Shown here one piece after another: positions 8,286 to 18,574 of a DNA stretch of 64,000 bases (positions within the stretch are counted from its first letter, which is position 1; the number at the start of each line of letters is the position of its first letter). The stretch is from NCBI GenBank assembly GCA_009779405.1, contig WREI01000004.1, positions 52-64,051 on the forward strand. Direction: 5' to 3'. This DNA comes from Clostridiales bacterium (GTDB lineage Bacteria; Bacillota; Clostridia; Christensenellales; CAG-138). Both the position numbers and the translations under genes were made by a program. Below the pieces are notes generated by a model, which saw only the letters and a program-made list of their open reading frames with translations, did not search any database and had not been told where the DNA came from.

Positions 8286-10181
8286 ATGAAAAAAGCTTTG
8301 GCAATCGTTCTACTCACCATGCTGGTCTTCTCCCTTGTCGCCTGCAATCCCGCGGCAAATAAGACCGGAGACTTGATCAAGGTTGGCATTGTCAACCTGC
8401 CCCCCGAAGAGTCCGGCTATCGACAGGCCAATGTCGAAGATATGAACACCGTGTTCTCCGTCGCAAACGGCTACGACATGAACCAGACCAACACCGGAGA
8501 CAACAGTGAGCAGATCGCCGCCGCCGAGGGCTATATCCGCGATGGCGTCGACTATCTCCTCATCTCCGCCGCCAGTGCAACGGGCTGGGACGGCGTGCTC
8601 GCGTCCGCGAAGCAGGCGGGCGTGACCGTATTCCTGTTTGACCGTCTCATCGAGACCGATGAGAGCAACTTCCAAGCCGCGCTGGTCTCCGATATGGCCA
8701 CCGAGGGCAATGTCGCCGTGGATTGGCTGCTTGCGCAGGGGCTGGACGAGTACAACGTGATCCTGATCCGCGGTCAGCTCGGCTGTGCCGCCGAACTCGG
8801 ACGCAGTGCCGCCGTTCTCGCCGCGCAGGACGCCGGGAAGCTCAACATCGTTGCGGACGGCACGGGCGGCGACTCCTGGAGCGGTGAAGAGGCCCGCAAG
8901 GTCGTCGAGGCCGCCATCCAGTCCGGTGTCGAGTTCAACGTCATCTACGCGCAGAACGACGGCATGGCCGACGGCGCCGTGCAGGCGCTGGACGCGGCGG
9001 GCATCAGCCACGGCAAGGGCGGCGACGTCATCATCATGGGCTTTGACTTCAACCGCTTCGCGCTCCGCAATGTCCAGGCCGGGATCTGGAACTTCGATAT
9101 GCAATGCAACCCGCGCCAGGCCGCCAAGATCTCCGAGTGGATCAAGGCCGGGGAACCGTATCCCACCGGGATCGTGTTCCAGAATGAAATCGGCGTGGAC
9201 TGCGACAGCATCACCGAAGATATCATCAAGAACATGGGCATCAACGAAGACCCGGGCAAGCTCGGCGCGGAAGCGCCCGCCGAACTGATCAAGGTGGGCA
9301 TCGTCAACCTGCCCCCTGAGGAATCCGGCTATCGGCAGGCCAACGTCGAAGATATGAACGCTGTATTCTCCATCGAGAACGGCTACGATATGAGCCAGAC
9401 CAACACCGGAGACAACAGCGAGCAGATTGCCGCTGCCGAGGGCTATATCCGTGACGGCGTGGACTATCTCCTCATCTCCGCCGCCAACACAACGGGTTGG
9501 GACGGCGTACTCGCGTCCGCAAAGCAGGCGGGCGTCACGGTATTCCTGTTTGACCGTCTCATCGAGACCGACGAGAGCAATTACCAAGCCGCCCTGGTCT
9601 CCGATATGGCCACCGAGGGCAATATCGCCGTGGATTGGCTGCTGGAGCAGGGGCTGGACGAGTATAACGTGATCCTCATCCGCGGCCAGTTGGGCTCCGC
9701 CGCCGAACTGGGGCGCAGTGCCGCCGTTCTGGCCGCGCAGGAAGCCGGGAAGCTCAATATCGTCGCGGACGGCACGGGCGGCGACTCCTGGAGCGGTGAA
9801 GAGGCCCGCAAGGTCGTCGAGGCCGCTATCCAGTCCGGCGTTGCGTTCAATGTCATCTATGCCCAGAACGACGGCATGGCGGACGGTGCCATGCAGGCGC
9901 TCGACGCCGCCGGGATCAGCCACGGCAAGGACGGCGATGTCATCATCATGGGCTTTGACTTCAACCGCTTTGCGCTCCGCTATGTCCAAGCCGGGCTTTG
10001 GAATTTCAATATGCAGTGCAACCCGCGCCAGGCCGCCAAGATCTCCGAGTGGATCAAGGCCGGACTGCCCTTCCCCACCGGTATCGTCTTCCAGGATGAA
10101 CTCGACGTAGACTTCCGCACCATCACCGAGGAGATCATCCTCAAGATGGGCATCAACGAGGACCCGGGCTTGCTCAGTTAG
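8286..10181 (+). CDS. Sugar ABC substrate-binding lipoprotein with two tandem near-identical domains
   Basis: Lipobox LVAC; 304-aa unit repeated (starts 8373 and 9285); YAQNDGMA motif twice. Confidence 0.9.
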   Translation: MKKALAIVLLTMLVFSLVACNPAANKTGDLIKVGIVNLPPEESGYRQANVEDMNTVFSVANGYDMNQTNTGDNSEQIAAAEGYIRDGVDYLLISAASATGWDGVLASAKQAGVTVFLFDRLIETDESNFQAALVSDMATEGNVAVDWLLAQGLDEYNVILIRGQLGCAAELGRSAAVLAAQDAGKLNIVADGTGGDSWSGEEARKVVEAAIQSGVEFNVIYAQNDGMADGAVQALDAAGISHGKGGDVIIMGFDFNRFALRNVQAGIWNFDMQCNPRQAAKISEWIKAGEPYPTGIVFQNEIGVDCDSITEDIIKNMGINEDPGKLGAEAPAELIKVGIVNLPPEESGYRQANVEDMNAVFSIENGYDMSQTNTGDNSEQIAAAEGYIRDGVDYLLISAANTTGWDGVLASAKQAGVTVFLFDRLIETDESNYQAALVSDMATEGNIAVDWLLEQGLDEYNVILIRGQLGSAAELGRSAAVLAAQEAGKLNIVADGTGGDSWSGEEARKVVEAAIQSGVAFNVIYAQNDGMADGAMQALDAAGISHGKDGDVIIMGFDFNRFALRYVQAGLWNFNMQCNPRQAAKISEWIKAGLPFPTGIVFQDELDVDFRTITEEIILKMGINEDPGLLS

Positions 10182-10223
10182 TCTCATTTCATTCATCGTA
10201 AGCATGTTGTAACATGTTATAGC

Positions 10224-10271
10224 CTGTACGGTGCGGGGTTCGACCTTAGATGTGATACTCGCACCGTACAG
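10224..10271 (+). other. Intercistronic stem-loop after the SBP gene
   Basis: CTGTACGGTGCG ... CGCACCGTACAG 12-bp stem without a U tail; typical of structures that stabilise SBP mRNA. Confidence 0.55.
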
Positions 10272-10293
10272 TCCTATCTATAGGAGGTTCATA

Positions 10294-11805
10294 ATGCCGA
10301 ATGACATTGTGTTGGAAATGCGGGGCATATGCAAGGCATTTCCCGGTGTACGCGCCTTGCAAGACGTAGATTTCACACTCCGCAGGGGCGAGATCCATGC
10401 CCTGATGGGGGAGAATGGCGCGGGCAAATCCACTTTGATAAAAACGCTGACCGGGGTCTATCAGAAGGATTCCGGCCAAATTGATATAGAGGGACGCAGA
10501 ACGGCGTTTCGTTCGCCGCACGAGGCGCAGGCGAACGGCGTTGGCACGGTCTATCAGGAGATCATGCTCTGTCCCAACCTCAGCGTCGCCGAAAATATGT
10601 TTATCGGGCGGGAGAAGGGCGTATTTGTGTCTTGGCGCGAGATGAACAGGCGCGCGGGGATCATCCTGGACGGACTCAGCATTCCGGCGAGACCCACGCA
10701 ACAACTGAGAAGCTGCTCGCTGGCGGTGCAGCAGATGATCGCCATCGCGCGGGCGGTCGATATGCAATGCAAGATCCTGATCCTCGACGAACCGACCTCC
10801 TCTCTCGATGAAGACGAGGTGCAGAAGCTGTTCGCGCTGATGCGCGAGCTGAAGGAGCGGGGCGTCGGGATTATCTTCGTGACGCACTTTCTCGACCAGG
10901 TGTATCAGGTCAGCGACCGCATCACGGTCCTGCGCAACGGCGAACTTGTGGGCGAATACGAGGCCGAAAAACTGCCGCAGGTGGAATTGGTCTCCAAGAT
11001 GATGGGCAAGGAGTTAGGCGACGTCGAAAAGCTCAAGAACCTCAAGGAAGCCGCAGAGGACGGCGGCACGCCCGTGTTTGAGGCCGAGTCGCTCTCGAGC
11101 GCGGCGGGGGTGCGGCCCTATGACTTCCATATCCAAAAGGGCGAGGTCAACGGGTTTACGGGCCTGCTCGGCTCGGGGCGCAGTGAAAGCGTCCGCGCCA
11201 TTTTCGCGGCGGACAAGGTGACCGGGGGCAATGTGCGAATCAACGGCAAACGGATCCGCATCCGAAAACCCAAGGATGCCATGAAGCGGGGCATCGGCTA
11301 TCTGCCGGAGGACCGCAAGGGCGACGGGCTCATCGCCGACCTGTCGGTGCGGGAGAATATCGTCCTGGCACTCCAGACCATGCACGGGTTTTTCAGACCC
11401 TTTTCGCTCAAGAAGGCGCGGGCCTTTGCGGATGAATATATAGCCCTGCTGAACATCAAAACCCCGTCAAGCGACACGCCCGTCCACTCGCTCTCGGGCG
11501 GCAACCAGCAAAAAGTCATCCTGGCGCGCTGGCTGCTCATACACCCGGAATACCTGATCCTCGACGAGCCGACCCGCGGCATCGACGTGGGGACCAAGGT
11601 CGAAATTCAAAGATTGGTGCTGAAACTCGCTTCCGAGGGGGTGAGCGTCACGTTTATCTCGTCCGAGATCGAAGAGATGCTTCGCACCTGCTCCCGTCTC
11701 ATCGTGATGCGCGACCGCAACATCGTCGGGGAGCTCAGCGGCGAGGATATGACCCAGAGCAAGATCATGCACACCATTGCAGGGGAGGTAACGCAAAATG
11801 CCTGA
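10294..11805 (+). CDS. Sugar ABC transporter ATP-binding protein (RbsA/YtfR type)
   Basis: GENGAGKST, LDEPT twice, LSGGNQQK. Confidence 0.95.
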   Translation: MPNDIVLEMRGICKAFPGVRALQDVDFTLRRGEIHALMGENGAGKSTLIKTLTGVYQKDSGQIDIEGRRTAFRSPHEAQANGVGTVYQEIMLCPNLSVAENMFIGREKGVFVSWREMNRRAGIILDGLSIPARPTQQLRSCSLAVQQMIAIARAVDMQCKILILDEPTSSLDEDEVQKLFALMRELKERGVGIIFVTHFLDQVYQVSDRITVLRNGELVGEYEAEKLPQVELVSKMMGKELGDVEKLKNLKEAAEDGGTPVFEAESLSSAAGVRPYDFHIQKGEVNGFTGLLGSGRSESVRAIFAADKVTGGNVRINGKRIRIRKPKDAMKRGIGYLPEDRKGDGLIADLSVRENIVLALQTMHGFFRPFSLKKARAFADEYIALLNIKTPSSDTPVHSLSGGNQQKVILARWLLIHPEYLILDEPTRGIDVGTKVEIQRLVLKLASEGVSVTFISSEIEEMLRTCSRLIVMRDRNIVGELSGEDMTQSKIMHTIAGEVTQNA

Positions 11806-12883
11806 GCCCACAAAGAGAAAATTCCGTCTCTCGTCATTCCCGCTCTTTCTCCCGCTGGTCGTGCTGCTCCTGCTCGTCGCCGTCAACATCGTCAGCGGCG
11901 GCTTCGGGTATTTCGCCATAGAACTCCGAAACGGCGTGATCTACGGACCCATCCCGAGCGTGCTGTACGGAGCCGCCGAGCTCGTCATCATCACGATCGG
12001 CATGTCGCTCGTGAACGCTTCCTCCCGCGGGCAGGATATCAGCGTCGGCGTGATCGGTGCCGTCACCTCCGCCGTCTTTGCCATGGTGCTTCGGGAATAC
12101 CTCGCGCGCTCCCCCGGCAGCGCCGTAAGCTGGGGCGTCGTTCTGGCGGCCTTCTTCATAAGCTGCCTGACGGGCGCGCTCCTGGGGGCGTTCAACGGGA
12201 CCCTGGTATCCGTCTTCAAGGTTCAGCCCATGGTCGCCACCTTGATACTCTTCACCGCAGGCAGGTCGCTCGCCTTTTTGATCGACGGGAAGGTCTCCCC
12301 GAACCTGCAATACCCCATCATCAAGCAAATCGGCTTCTCCCTGCCCGGAATTCCCATTCAAACGCCCATACTCATCACGATCGCGTGTATCATTCTTTTC
12401 GCTGTTGTTTTTAAACTGACGAATCTCAAGCTCTACAGCCAGGCCGTCGGAATCAACGAAGAAGCGGCCCGCCTGAACGGGATCAACCCCGTCGCGGTGA
12501 AGCTGACGAGCTTTATCATACTCGGCGTCTGCTGCTCCATCGCGGGGTTTATCGCGGTCAGCAAGAGCGGTCGACACGACAGCGTAAACATCCTCAAGTT
12601 CATTGAGTTGGACGCGATACTGGCGGTGGCTCTCGGCGGAAACGCGCTCGGCGGCGGAAAGTTCAGCGTGAAGGGCGCGGTTATCGGCGCCTATACGATC
12701 GAAATCCTGAACCAGACCCTGTTGCGCCTGAAAGTCGGCGGCGAAGCCATCAAACTGATGAAGGCGCTGTTTATCATCATCCTCATGGTGCTCGCCTCGC
12801 CTGTCGTGCAGGCCTACCTGACCAAACTTTTCACAAGACGGACCGCGGAGGAAACGATTGTGCCGACGAAGGAGGTGCTCTGA
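11798..12883 (+). CDS. Sugar ABC permease (YtfT-like)
   Basis: DISVG, QPMVATL, ELDAILAVALGG. Confidence 0.92.
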   Translation: MPEPTKRKFRLSSFPLFLPLVVLLLLVAVNIVSGGFGYFAIELRNGVIYGPIPSVLYGAAELVIITIGMSLVNASSRGQDISVGVIGAVTSAVFAMVLREYLARSPGSAVSWGVVLAAFFISCLTGALLGAFNGTLVSVFKVQPMVATLILFTAGRSLAFLIDGKVSPNLQYPIIKQIGFSLPGIPIQTPILITIACIILFAVVFKLTNLKLYSQAVGINEEAARLNGINPVAVKLTSFIILGVCCSIAGFIAVSKSGRHDSVNILKFIELDAILAVALGGNALGGGKFSVKGAVIGAYTIEILNQTLLRLKVGGEAIKLMKALFIIILMVLASPVVQAYLTKLFTRRTAEETIVPTKEVL

Positions 12884-12884
12884 T

Positions 12885-13946
12885 ATGGAGAGAAGGAAAC
12901 GCAGAGAATCTATCTCGAATTCCAACCTGCTCTTTCTCATCTCGCTGGTGATCTTTGTCGCGATGTATACCGTGGGGTTTTTCCGATTCCCCACCAGCTT
13001 CAGAAATTTACAGACCTTTGTCGACTTCTTCAACAACAACGCGCCGCTCATCATCCTGACCTGCGGCATGAGCGTCGTGATGATAGGCGGCGGGATCGAT
13101 ATCTCGGTCGGCGGGGTGACGGGTCTCGTCACCATGTGTTGCGCCGTTTTCCTCAACGGCCGCGCGGGCAGCGTGGCGGGCTCCATCTTCCTGGCGCTGG
13201 GCATAGGCCTTGCTTTCGGCGCCCTGCAAGGCTTTTTGGTTTCATACCTCCATATTCAACCCTTTATTATTACGCTGGCCGGGATGTTCCTGGCAAACGG
13301 ACTATTGACCGTTATTCACAAAGACCCGATCAACGCGGCTTTGCCCGCCTTTCTCAAGCTCCGTGAAGCGGATATCAAGATTCAGTGGCTCGGCACCGTA
13401 AATCGGCTCGGAAACTTTATTCCGCTGCGCATCAGCTATTGTATGATCATTGCATTGGTTGTTGTGACTGTCATTGCGGTACTCATGAAATGGTCGCGCT
13501 TCGGGCGCAACCTCTACGCGACCGGGGGAAACAGCCAGAGCGCCCTGATGCTGGGGATCAACGTGAAACGCACCAAGTTTTTCTCGTATGTCCTCTGCGG
13601 GCTGCTCTCGGGCGTTGCCGGGTATGTCTTCATCATGCAAACCGGGGCGGGCAATGTCGGCAACGCCAGCGGTTTTGAGATGAAGGCCATCGCGTCGTCG
13701 ATCATCGGCGGGACCCTGCTGACGGGTGGCGTGGGCAACATGATAGGCTCCCCCATCGGCGCGTTGTCCCTGCTGGTGATCAACGAGATCATCCGAAGCG
13801 CCGGGATCAATTCCAACTACCAGGCGATCATCAGCGGACTTTTGCTCTGCGTGTTCATCGTCCTGCAAAGCTTAGTCGTCTGGATACGCGGTAAGGGCAG
13901 CCCGACCCTCCCCCCATGGTTGCAATTCAAGCGCGATTCGCGCTGA
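12885..13946 (+). CDS. Sugar ABC permease (YjfF-like)
   Basis: GGIDISVG, QPFIITLAGM, EMKAIASSIIGG. Confidence 0.92.
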   Translation: MERRKRRESISNSNLLFLISLVIFVAMYTVGFFRFPTSFRNLQTFVDFFNNNAPLIILTCGMSVVMIGGGIDISVGGVTGLVTMCCAVFLNGRAGSVAGSIFLALGIGLAFGALQGFLVSYLHIQPFIITLAGMFLANGLLTVIHKDPINAALPAFLKLREADIKIQWLGTVNRLGNFIPLRISYCMIIALVVVTVIAVLMKWSRFGRNLYATGGNSQSALMLGINVKRTKFFSYVLCGLLSGVAGYVFIMQTGAGNVGNASGFEMKAIASSIIGGTLLTGGVGNMIGSPIGALSLLVINEIIRSAGINSNYQAIISGLLLCVFIVLQSLVVWIRGKGSPTLPPWLQFKRDSR

Positions 13947-13960
13947 GCTGAAGGAGTAAT

Positions 13961-14896
13961 ATGGCCGCCACTTTATGGAGTTCCCTCTCCGCCGTCCTGA
14001 TCATCCTCGCGATGATCGCGCTGGGCTGGCTGTTCGGCAAAGCAGGCTGGATGCAGGCGGCGCACAAGGGCTTTGTCGTCAAGTTCCTGATCAACGCCGC
14101 CCTTCCCTGCCTGATTTTCGGCAATACCTTTGCGCATATCAGCGTCGAACTCCTGCAAGGTGCGGGCAAGTTCATTTGGGTCGCCCTTGCGTGCATGTTC
14201 TTCTCGCCGGCACTGGCCTATGGGGTCGGCAAGCTGCTGAAAATACCGCACAAGCGCTTCGGCGGCTTTGTGGCGATGGGCGGCTTCTCCAACGCCATGT
14301 TCGTCGGCTATCCCATGTGCCACGCGCTGTTCGGCGACGCGGGCGTGCCTTATGTGATCCTGTTTCATACGCTGAACGCGCTCCTGTTCTGGAGCATAGG
14401 CAGTTTTCTCATCCACCGCTCGGGCGACAGGGAAAAATTCAGCGTGAAGCAGGCCGCAAAGAATCTGCTCTCGCCCCCGCTCATCAGCATGTTTGCGTCC
14501 ATCATACTCGTGCTTCTGGGCGTCAAACTCCCCGCCATATTAGCATCGCTCTTCGGCTATATGGGTTCCGCGGTCACCCCGCTGGCCCTGCTCTATACGG
14601 GCTTTATCATCTATGAAACGGGGCTCAAAAACATACGCATCGACAGGGGCCTGACAGCCGTGATGGTACTGCGTCTCGTCGTCGCGCCCCTCTGCATGCT
14701 GGGGTTGTGCATCGTGGCAGGCATCACGGGTATGGGCCGCGGCGTCTATGTGATCGAAGCGGCGATGCCCGTAATGACGCAATCCGTGATCGTCTCCGCC
14801 TACGCGGGCGCGGATGAAAACTACAACGCCCTCGGGATGACGCTGACGACGCTGGCCTGTTTGGTGCTGGTGCCGCTGCTGATGCTTATTGTGTAG
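13961..14896 (+). CDS. AEC (auxin efflux carrier/malate permease) family transporter
   Basis: ALPCLIF, SNAMFVGYP and AAMP motifs, about 10 TM segments. Confidence 0.85.
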   Translation: MAATLWSSLSAVLIILAMIALGWLFGKAGWMQAAHKGFVVKFLINAALPCLIFGNTFAHISVELLQGAGKFIWVALACMFFSPALAYGVGKLLKIPHKRFGGFVAMGGFSNAMFVGYPMCHALFGDAGVPYVILFHTLNALLFWSIGSFLIHRSGDREKFSVKQAAKNLLSPPLISMFASIILVLLGVKLPAILASLFGYMGSAVTPLALLYTGFIIYETGLKNIRIDRGLTAVMVLRLVVAPLCMLGLCIVAGITGMGRGVYVIEAAMPVMTQSVIVSAYAGADENYNALGMTLTTLACLVLVPLLMLIV

Positions 14897-15560
14897 GAAG
14901 GCCAAATCGATAGGGGCATGCCGCGCGGCACGCGAAACATTGTATTTCCAGCTTTTTATTGATGATTTTGAAGAACCGTGCGCATTCTTTTTTTCCGAAC
15001 GCGCCGGGCGTATCCAGCGCGCCCGAGGGGCAGGCCTGTACGCATTTGCCGCAGTTGTCGCAGGCCATATACTGCGCTTTTTCATCGGGCACAAGCGCCG
15101 CATCTGTCAGAACCGCGCTGAACCAAAGCAGATTTCCGTATCGGTCATTCGTAAGTAGATAGTTGCGGTTGATGCGCCCCAGACCCGCCAGTTCCGCTGC
15201 GTGCTTCAGCGATATATGGCCCCAGTGCTTGCCGTCGATGGTTCTGCCCCCTGAAGCGCTGATCGCCTTTGTTTGATACCCATCCGCTTGGATCCGTTTT
15301 ACGACTTTCTTCGCAATCTCCGTCATATTCGTCAGCATGGCGTTGCGCAGTTCCGTATATGCGGGCGCTTGCATGGACAGCGCTTCCTTGGGAAAGGGCA
15401 CGCCCAAAACGATCACGGAACGGCAGCCCTCCAATATATCGGAAGGCCTGAACCCATCCGGCGCGGGATGAAAATCATTCGCGTCAGCTATGCCGACTAC
15501 AACTGCTCCGGCATCGATTCCGTATTGTTTTGCGGTGATATTGTCTATTTTGGTTTTCAT
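14886..15560 (-). CDS. Epoxyqueuosine-reductase-like (QueG-like) 4Fe-4S protein
   Basis: ISLKHAAELAGLG, CDNCGKCVQACP, CFACRAACP. Confidence 0.75.
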   Translation of the reverse strand: MKTKIDNITAKQYGIDAGAVVVGIADANDFHPAPDGFRPSDILEGCRSVIVLGVPFPKEALSMQAPAYTELRNAMLTNMTEIAKKVVKRIQADGYQTKAISASGGRTIDGKHWGHISLKHAAELAGLGRINRNYLLTNDRYGNLLWFSAVLTDAALVPDEKAQYMACDNCGKCVQACPSGALDTPGAFGKKECARFFKIINKKLEIQCFACRAACPYRFGLPTQ

Positions 15561-16762
15561 ATGCATGCTCTCCGGTTTTGTGTTTGGAAGGGGCAGCTTA
15601 TATCGCCTGCATAAAAATCGCCTGTTCGCCCCAGCATGACAGCCCTGCAGCCCAAGCAGCCGTTCAGAAATCCACAGGAAGCGCAGGGCTCCTTAATTTT
15701 ATCTCCCGCGAAGCGAAACGCGGCCAGATTGGCGGAAGTATACCACAATTCCTTTAAGCTGTTTGCCCTTTCTTTGAGGGGAATATGGCTGCAAGGGCGA
15801 TAATACCCGTCCGCATCCATGGCAAGAAAGCGTCTGCCCGCCCCGCAGCCCGAGAAGAAACTCGTCCTGCCGTTGACATGGCAGAGCAGATTGGTAAAGG
15901 CCGAATCGACTTTGATTGAAATCCCCACCGTGCTTTTGACGGCGTCTTCGAGAAACAATTGCTTATCAGCCGACAGGCAGATGGCCGCATAACATTCCTT
16001 TGCCGAAGGCTTATATCGCAGTATGTTTATATTGTTTGCGTGCAGGCCTTTGGCTTTCTCCGTCAAAGCCGGAAAATCGTCAATATTATCCATCCGCGCT
16101 ACCCAGTTGATCCCGAATGAGATTCCGGCCTCACCTGCAAGCCGGAGAGCGTTTATGGTATGCGCATACCCGTCCCGTGAACGCGAATGGATTTCTTCGC
16201 TGGAGCCGTTCAGCGAAAATTGCATATGATGCAGCCCGGCGTTCCTCAGCTCCGACAAAAAAGCCCGCGTAAGCCCAACGCCGCTTGTCGTGATGGAAAC
16301 ACCCATCCCACGCCCGCTGATTTCGGCAACGGCTGCAAGCAAATGGGGATAGACGAGCGGTTCGCCCCCGCCGAGCGCAATTTGAAAAACGTGCATTTCA
16401 TCGGCCTGCCGAATTGCATCGAGCAATACTGCAAACGCCAAATCCGTTTTGGCTTGTTCTTTATAGCATTGCGGACAGTTTAGCGGGCAGCGGGAAGTCA
16501 GTTCAATGTGGATGCTCTCCGGCGCGCAAAAAGAATTGGCGGGCGCCTTTTGCTTTGCCGCTTTTGCGATCGCCTCCCGAATCGTCGCTTTGGCGGCATC
16601 GCTTATAATACCAAGCCCTTTCAGTCTTTCGGAAAACCCGTTGTCCTCGCCGTCTGCCCAAGCGCGGAGGGCGTGCAATTCTTCGCCGGAAATATATGCG
16701 GTACGCGCAAGCGCCCCGTTCCATAGCAGCAGGGCGTTCTCCTCCGCGCGAACCCTATGCAT
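15557..16762 (-). CDS. Radical SAM/SPASM domain protein
   Basis: CPLNCPQC, GGEP; SPASM cysteines CGAG...PC...CASC...CLGCRA...C. Confidence 0.88.
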   Translation of the reverse strand: MHRVRAEENALLLWNGALARTAYISGEELHALRAWADGEDNGFSERLKGLGIISDAAKATIREAIAKAAKQKAPANSFCAPESIHIELTSRCPLNCPQCYKEQAKTDLAFAVLLDAIRQADEMHVFQIALGGGEPLVYPHLLAAVAEISGRGMGVSITTSGVGLTRAFLSELRNAGLHHMQFSLNGSSEEIHSRSRDGYAHTINALRLAGEAGISFGINWVARMDNIDDFPALTEKAKGLHANNINILRYKPSAKECYAAICLSADKQLFLEDAVKSTVGISIKVDSAFTNLLCHVNGRTSFFSGCGAGRRFLAMDADGYYRPCSHIPLKERANSLKELWYTSANLAAFRFAGDKIKEPCASCGFLNGCLGCRAVMLGRTGDFYAGDISCPFQTQNRRACI

Positions 16763-17918
16763 GATCCATCAGCTTGAGGAGCGTCAGAAAATACTTCTTC
16801 ATGGAATAATGCACGCGGAATTCGCAAACGGGCTTATCCCCAACACGTGTAAACGCCAGATAGCCGGTAAAATACCCATCATGATGTGTCTGTTCAATCT
16901 TTGGCAGTGTTTTTTGCAGTAAGCGGACAATCTTCGGTCTGGCCGCGTATTCTTCCGCTTTGGGCAGTATGATCTGTGCGGCGGTAACGCACACGGTGGT
17001 GAAGGTATCCGAACCCATTTCGAGCGCGCTGTCCACCAAGTCCGCATATTCGTCAAAAGAAACAGGATGAAATTCCTTCTCCACATCCGCGAGGGCGGGG
17101 GCATGCGTTGCCAAATAATATCCGTCGGAATATTCGCAGTGCCACTTCCACTTGGCATTATAGTAGGTCTTGTGCGAACGGACGATCTGATGTTCCGCCA
17201 ATCTTTTAAGCATGTCTTTCGCACTGCACGTGAGCGGAATCTGTATCTTTTCGTACCAGTATATTGAATTCGCATAGGTGCAGCCGTCAGTCCAGCCGCC
17301 CTCACAATCCAATCCGCCCCAAGTGCCAAGCCCCGGAAAACGGTCCCGCAGATAATCGACGATGTACATGGCATACTCATAATAAAAGCTCGGGCCGACA
17401 TTGATTCGAAAACAATACAGGCCTTGCTGCGCGGAGCGGATCAGTTCCATGTTATTTACATAGCCTTCAATATCTTCCTCCATACGGCTTTCCGTTTTAT
17501 CGGGCATGCGGATATACAGGCCCACCGTCATCTCGCCCCGTGTATAGTAATTCTGGATAACGGGCCCGGTGCAGGGATGCTCTACTTTCCCGAACGCGTC
17601 TTCATGCGGTTCGCGGCGCTCGCTGATTGCATAAATTTTTGCGCGCAATTCATCGGAAAGCTGTTCTATGTGCAGGCAGTTTATATCGATGCAGATATCC
17701 GGGAAGTTGCCCGCAAGCAGCAAGTCCCGGAGCGCGTCTATGCGCAGCGTATGCTGTTTATCTTTGAAATACGTAATCTGCGGCTCCATGCTTCCGCTGA
17801 ATATGGGTATGGACAAAAAGCAGTCGACAAACTCCAGCAGCTGCACATTTTCCGGCAAAACGATATTGAAATCCGTATCGGAGCCATCGATTTCGAACCC
17901 GTCCCAGTAAACGAACAT
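16755..17918 (-). CDS. Hypothetical protein
   Basis: 387-aa ORF abutting atoA and overlapping the radical SAM gene start; no motif recognised. Confidence 0.7.
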   Translation of the reverse strand: MFVYWDGFEIDGSDTDFNIVLPENVQLLEFVDCFLSIPIFSGSMEPQITYFKDKQHTLRIDALRDLLLAGNFPDICIDINCLHIEQLSDELRAKIYAISERREPHEDAFGKVEHPCTGPVIQNYYTRGEMTVGLYIRMPDKTESRMEEDIEGYVNNMELIRSAQQGLYCFRINVGPSFYYEYAMYIVDYLRDRFPGLGTWGGLDCEGGWTDGCTYANSIYWYEKIQIPLTCSAKDMLKRLAEHQIVRSHKTYYNAKWKWHCEYSDGYYLATHAPALADVEKEFHPVSFDEYADLVDSALEMGSDTFTTVCVTAAQIILPKAEEYAARPKIVRLLQKTLPKIEQTHHDGYFTGYLAFTRVGDKPVCEFRVHYSMKKYFLTLLKLMDHA

Positions 17919-17920
17919 AG

Positions 17921-18574
17921 CTATACCATCTCCCGCAGATCATCGGAGATCAGCAACTCCGCCTCCGTCGCCTTGCGGATTTGCTCTATGGTGAACTCGG
18001 GATTATACTCCACCAATTGCAGGCCCTGCGGCGTCACCTGCATCACACCCATTTCGGTAATGATGAGGTCTACGCAGCGCACGGCGGTAAAGGGCAGGCG
18101 GCATTGTTTCAGGATTTTGGCCGCGCCGCGGGCCGTGTGCTCCATGGCGACAATGACCTTTTTGGCGCCGACGACCAGATCCATCGCGCCGCCCATGCCG
18201 GGTACGCGCTTGCCGGGGATGATCCAGTTGGAAAGGTTGCCCTCCGCGTCCACCTCGAGCGCGCCGAGTATCGTGCAGTCCACATGCCCGCCGCGAATCA
18301 GGCCGAAGCTCGTGCAGGAATCGATATAGCAGCCGTCGGGGGCGACGGCGCTGGCCTGCCCGCCCGCATCGGTGACGTGCAGGGGGTCGGCAAGTTCGGG
18401 CGCGGGCTTGGGGCCGAGACCTATGATCCCGTTCTCGCTCTGTAATATCACATGCGTACCCTCGGGCAGATAGGCGGGAACTAAGGTCGGCAGGCCTATG
18501 CCGAGGTTGACGACATCGCCGTCGTGCAATTCGCGCGCCGTGCGCCGGGCGATAAAGGCTTTCGCGTTTTCCAT
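17921..18574 (-). CDS. atoA: Butyrate/acetate:acetoacetate CoA-transferase beta subunit
   Basis: VNLGIGLPT, QSENG catalytic motif, GMGGAMDL. Confidence 0.9.
   Translation of the reverse strand: MENAKAFIARRTARELHDGDVVNLGIGLPTLVPAYLPEGTHVILQSENGIIGLGPKPAPELADPLHVTDAGGQASAVAPDGCYIDSCTSFGLIRGGHVDCTILGALEVDAEGNLSNWIIPGKRVPGMGGAMDLVVGAKKVIVAMEHTARGAAKILKQCRLPFTAVRCVDLIITEMGVMQVTPQGLQLVEYNPEFTIEQIRKATEAELLISDDLREMV

Noticed and set aside
8310-10205. Long antisense ORFs (also 19257-21611, 52586-54148, 61619-62986 and others)
   Set aside because: Shadow frames of GC-rich genes with strong codon bias; no RBS or recognisable motifs
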